Part shown: positions 63,561-64,000 of the stretch, one piece after another
How the letters are laid out: the number at the start of each line of letters is the position of its first letter
Numbering within the stretch: the first letter of the stretch is position 1
Origin: Paecilomyces variotii
Taxonomy: Eukaryota
DNA length: 64,000 nucleotides
Assembly: GCA_004022145.1 (NCBI GenBank)
Contig: RCNU01000002.1
Direction: 5' to 3' (one strand)
Position numbers and translations under genes: made by a program
The notes under the pieces: generated by a model
Told to the model about the DNA's origin: nothing
The model's database searches: none
Seen by the model: only the letters and a program-made list of their open reading frames with translations

Positions 63561-64000
63561 TCGGCTCGGGAGATCCTATGCTGTACTCTCCCGTCCACGT
63601 TTTCTCATTTTTGTTCTCTGTGATCTCGTTTTCGCTTCGTGATATCACTGTGTCGCTCCCATTCCCTACACGGAACACTGATCGACGTTTCGGTGCCACG
63701 AAGCTCGGGAATAGTAGCAAAGCTGTCGATTGCCGAATCTGATTGTTTTCTCCTAAGCCGAGACGGGTGTTCTCGATTTTGAGCACGACTAGTTAATTGT
63801 GACTGACGTCCCAACAATGGAACGTGAAGACTGAAACTAACTTAGCTACTATCTATTGTTATTATTACACTGCCGCTATCCAACGCCGTTGCGATTCCCA
63901 CCGGACTGGATTACAGACAGACGTTTGCTTTCGGGCCTCATCTTCAGGACAACATGCAGACTTCCGCCCAAGGAATTCTAGAATACTCAGCTCGGAATAA

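Noticed and set aside
1..64000. CRISPR array, prophage or secondary-metabolite cluster
   Set aside because: Intron-containing fungal housekeeping genes only; no repeat-spacer array and no PKS/NRPS/terpene synthase.

Overview
Eukaryotic DNA from a filamentous ascomycete (Eurotiales-like: short GT-AG introns with CTRAC branch sites, Aspergillus-type proteins). It is a gene-dense, mostly housekeeping block. In order: RRP12 (partial), LSM1, a C2H2-like hypothetical, a multi-TM membrane protein, Dicer-like dcl2, PRE8, a RING-CH E3 ligase, an orphan gene, a histidine phosphatase, an RRM protein, FBP26, VPS39, GON7, BIT61/HbrB, a Myb-like hypothetical, an AAA ATPase, MDH1, BOS1, an OM14-like gene, LAT1, SEC7, MET8, PRS1 and a probably decayed gene at the right end. 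I found no transposon, CRISPR array, tRNA or rRNA. The best signals are at RNA level: an intergenic box C/D snoRNA candidate with two segments complementary to adjacent LSU rRNA sequence, two alternative first exons with >1 kb introns in FBP26, a 2-nt microexon in the OM14-like gene, and a GC-AG intron in dcl2. Exon boundaries were worked out by hand and family calls come from remembered motifs, not database searches.
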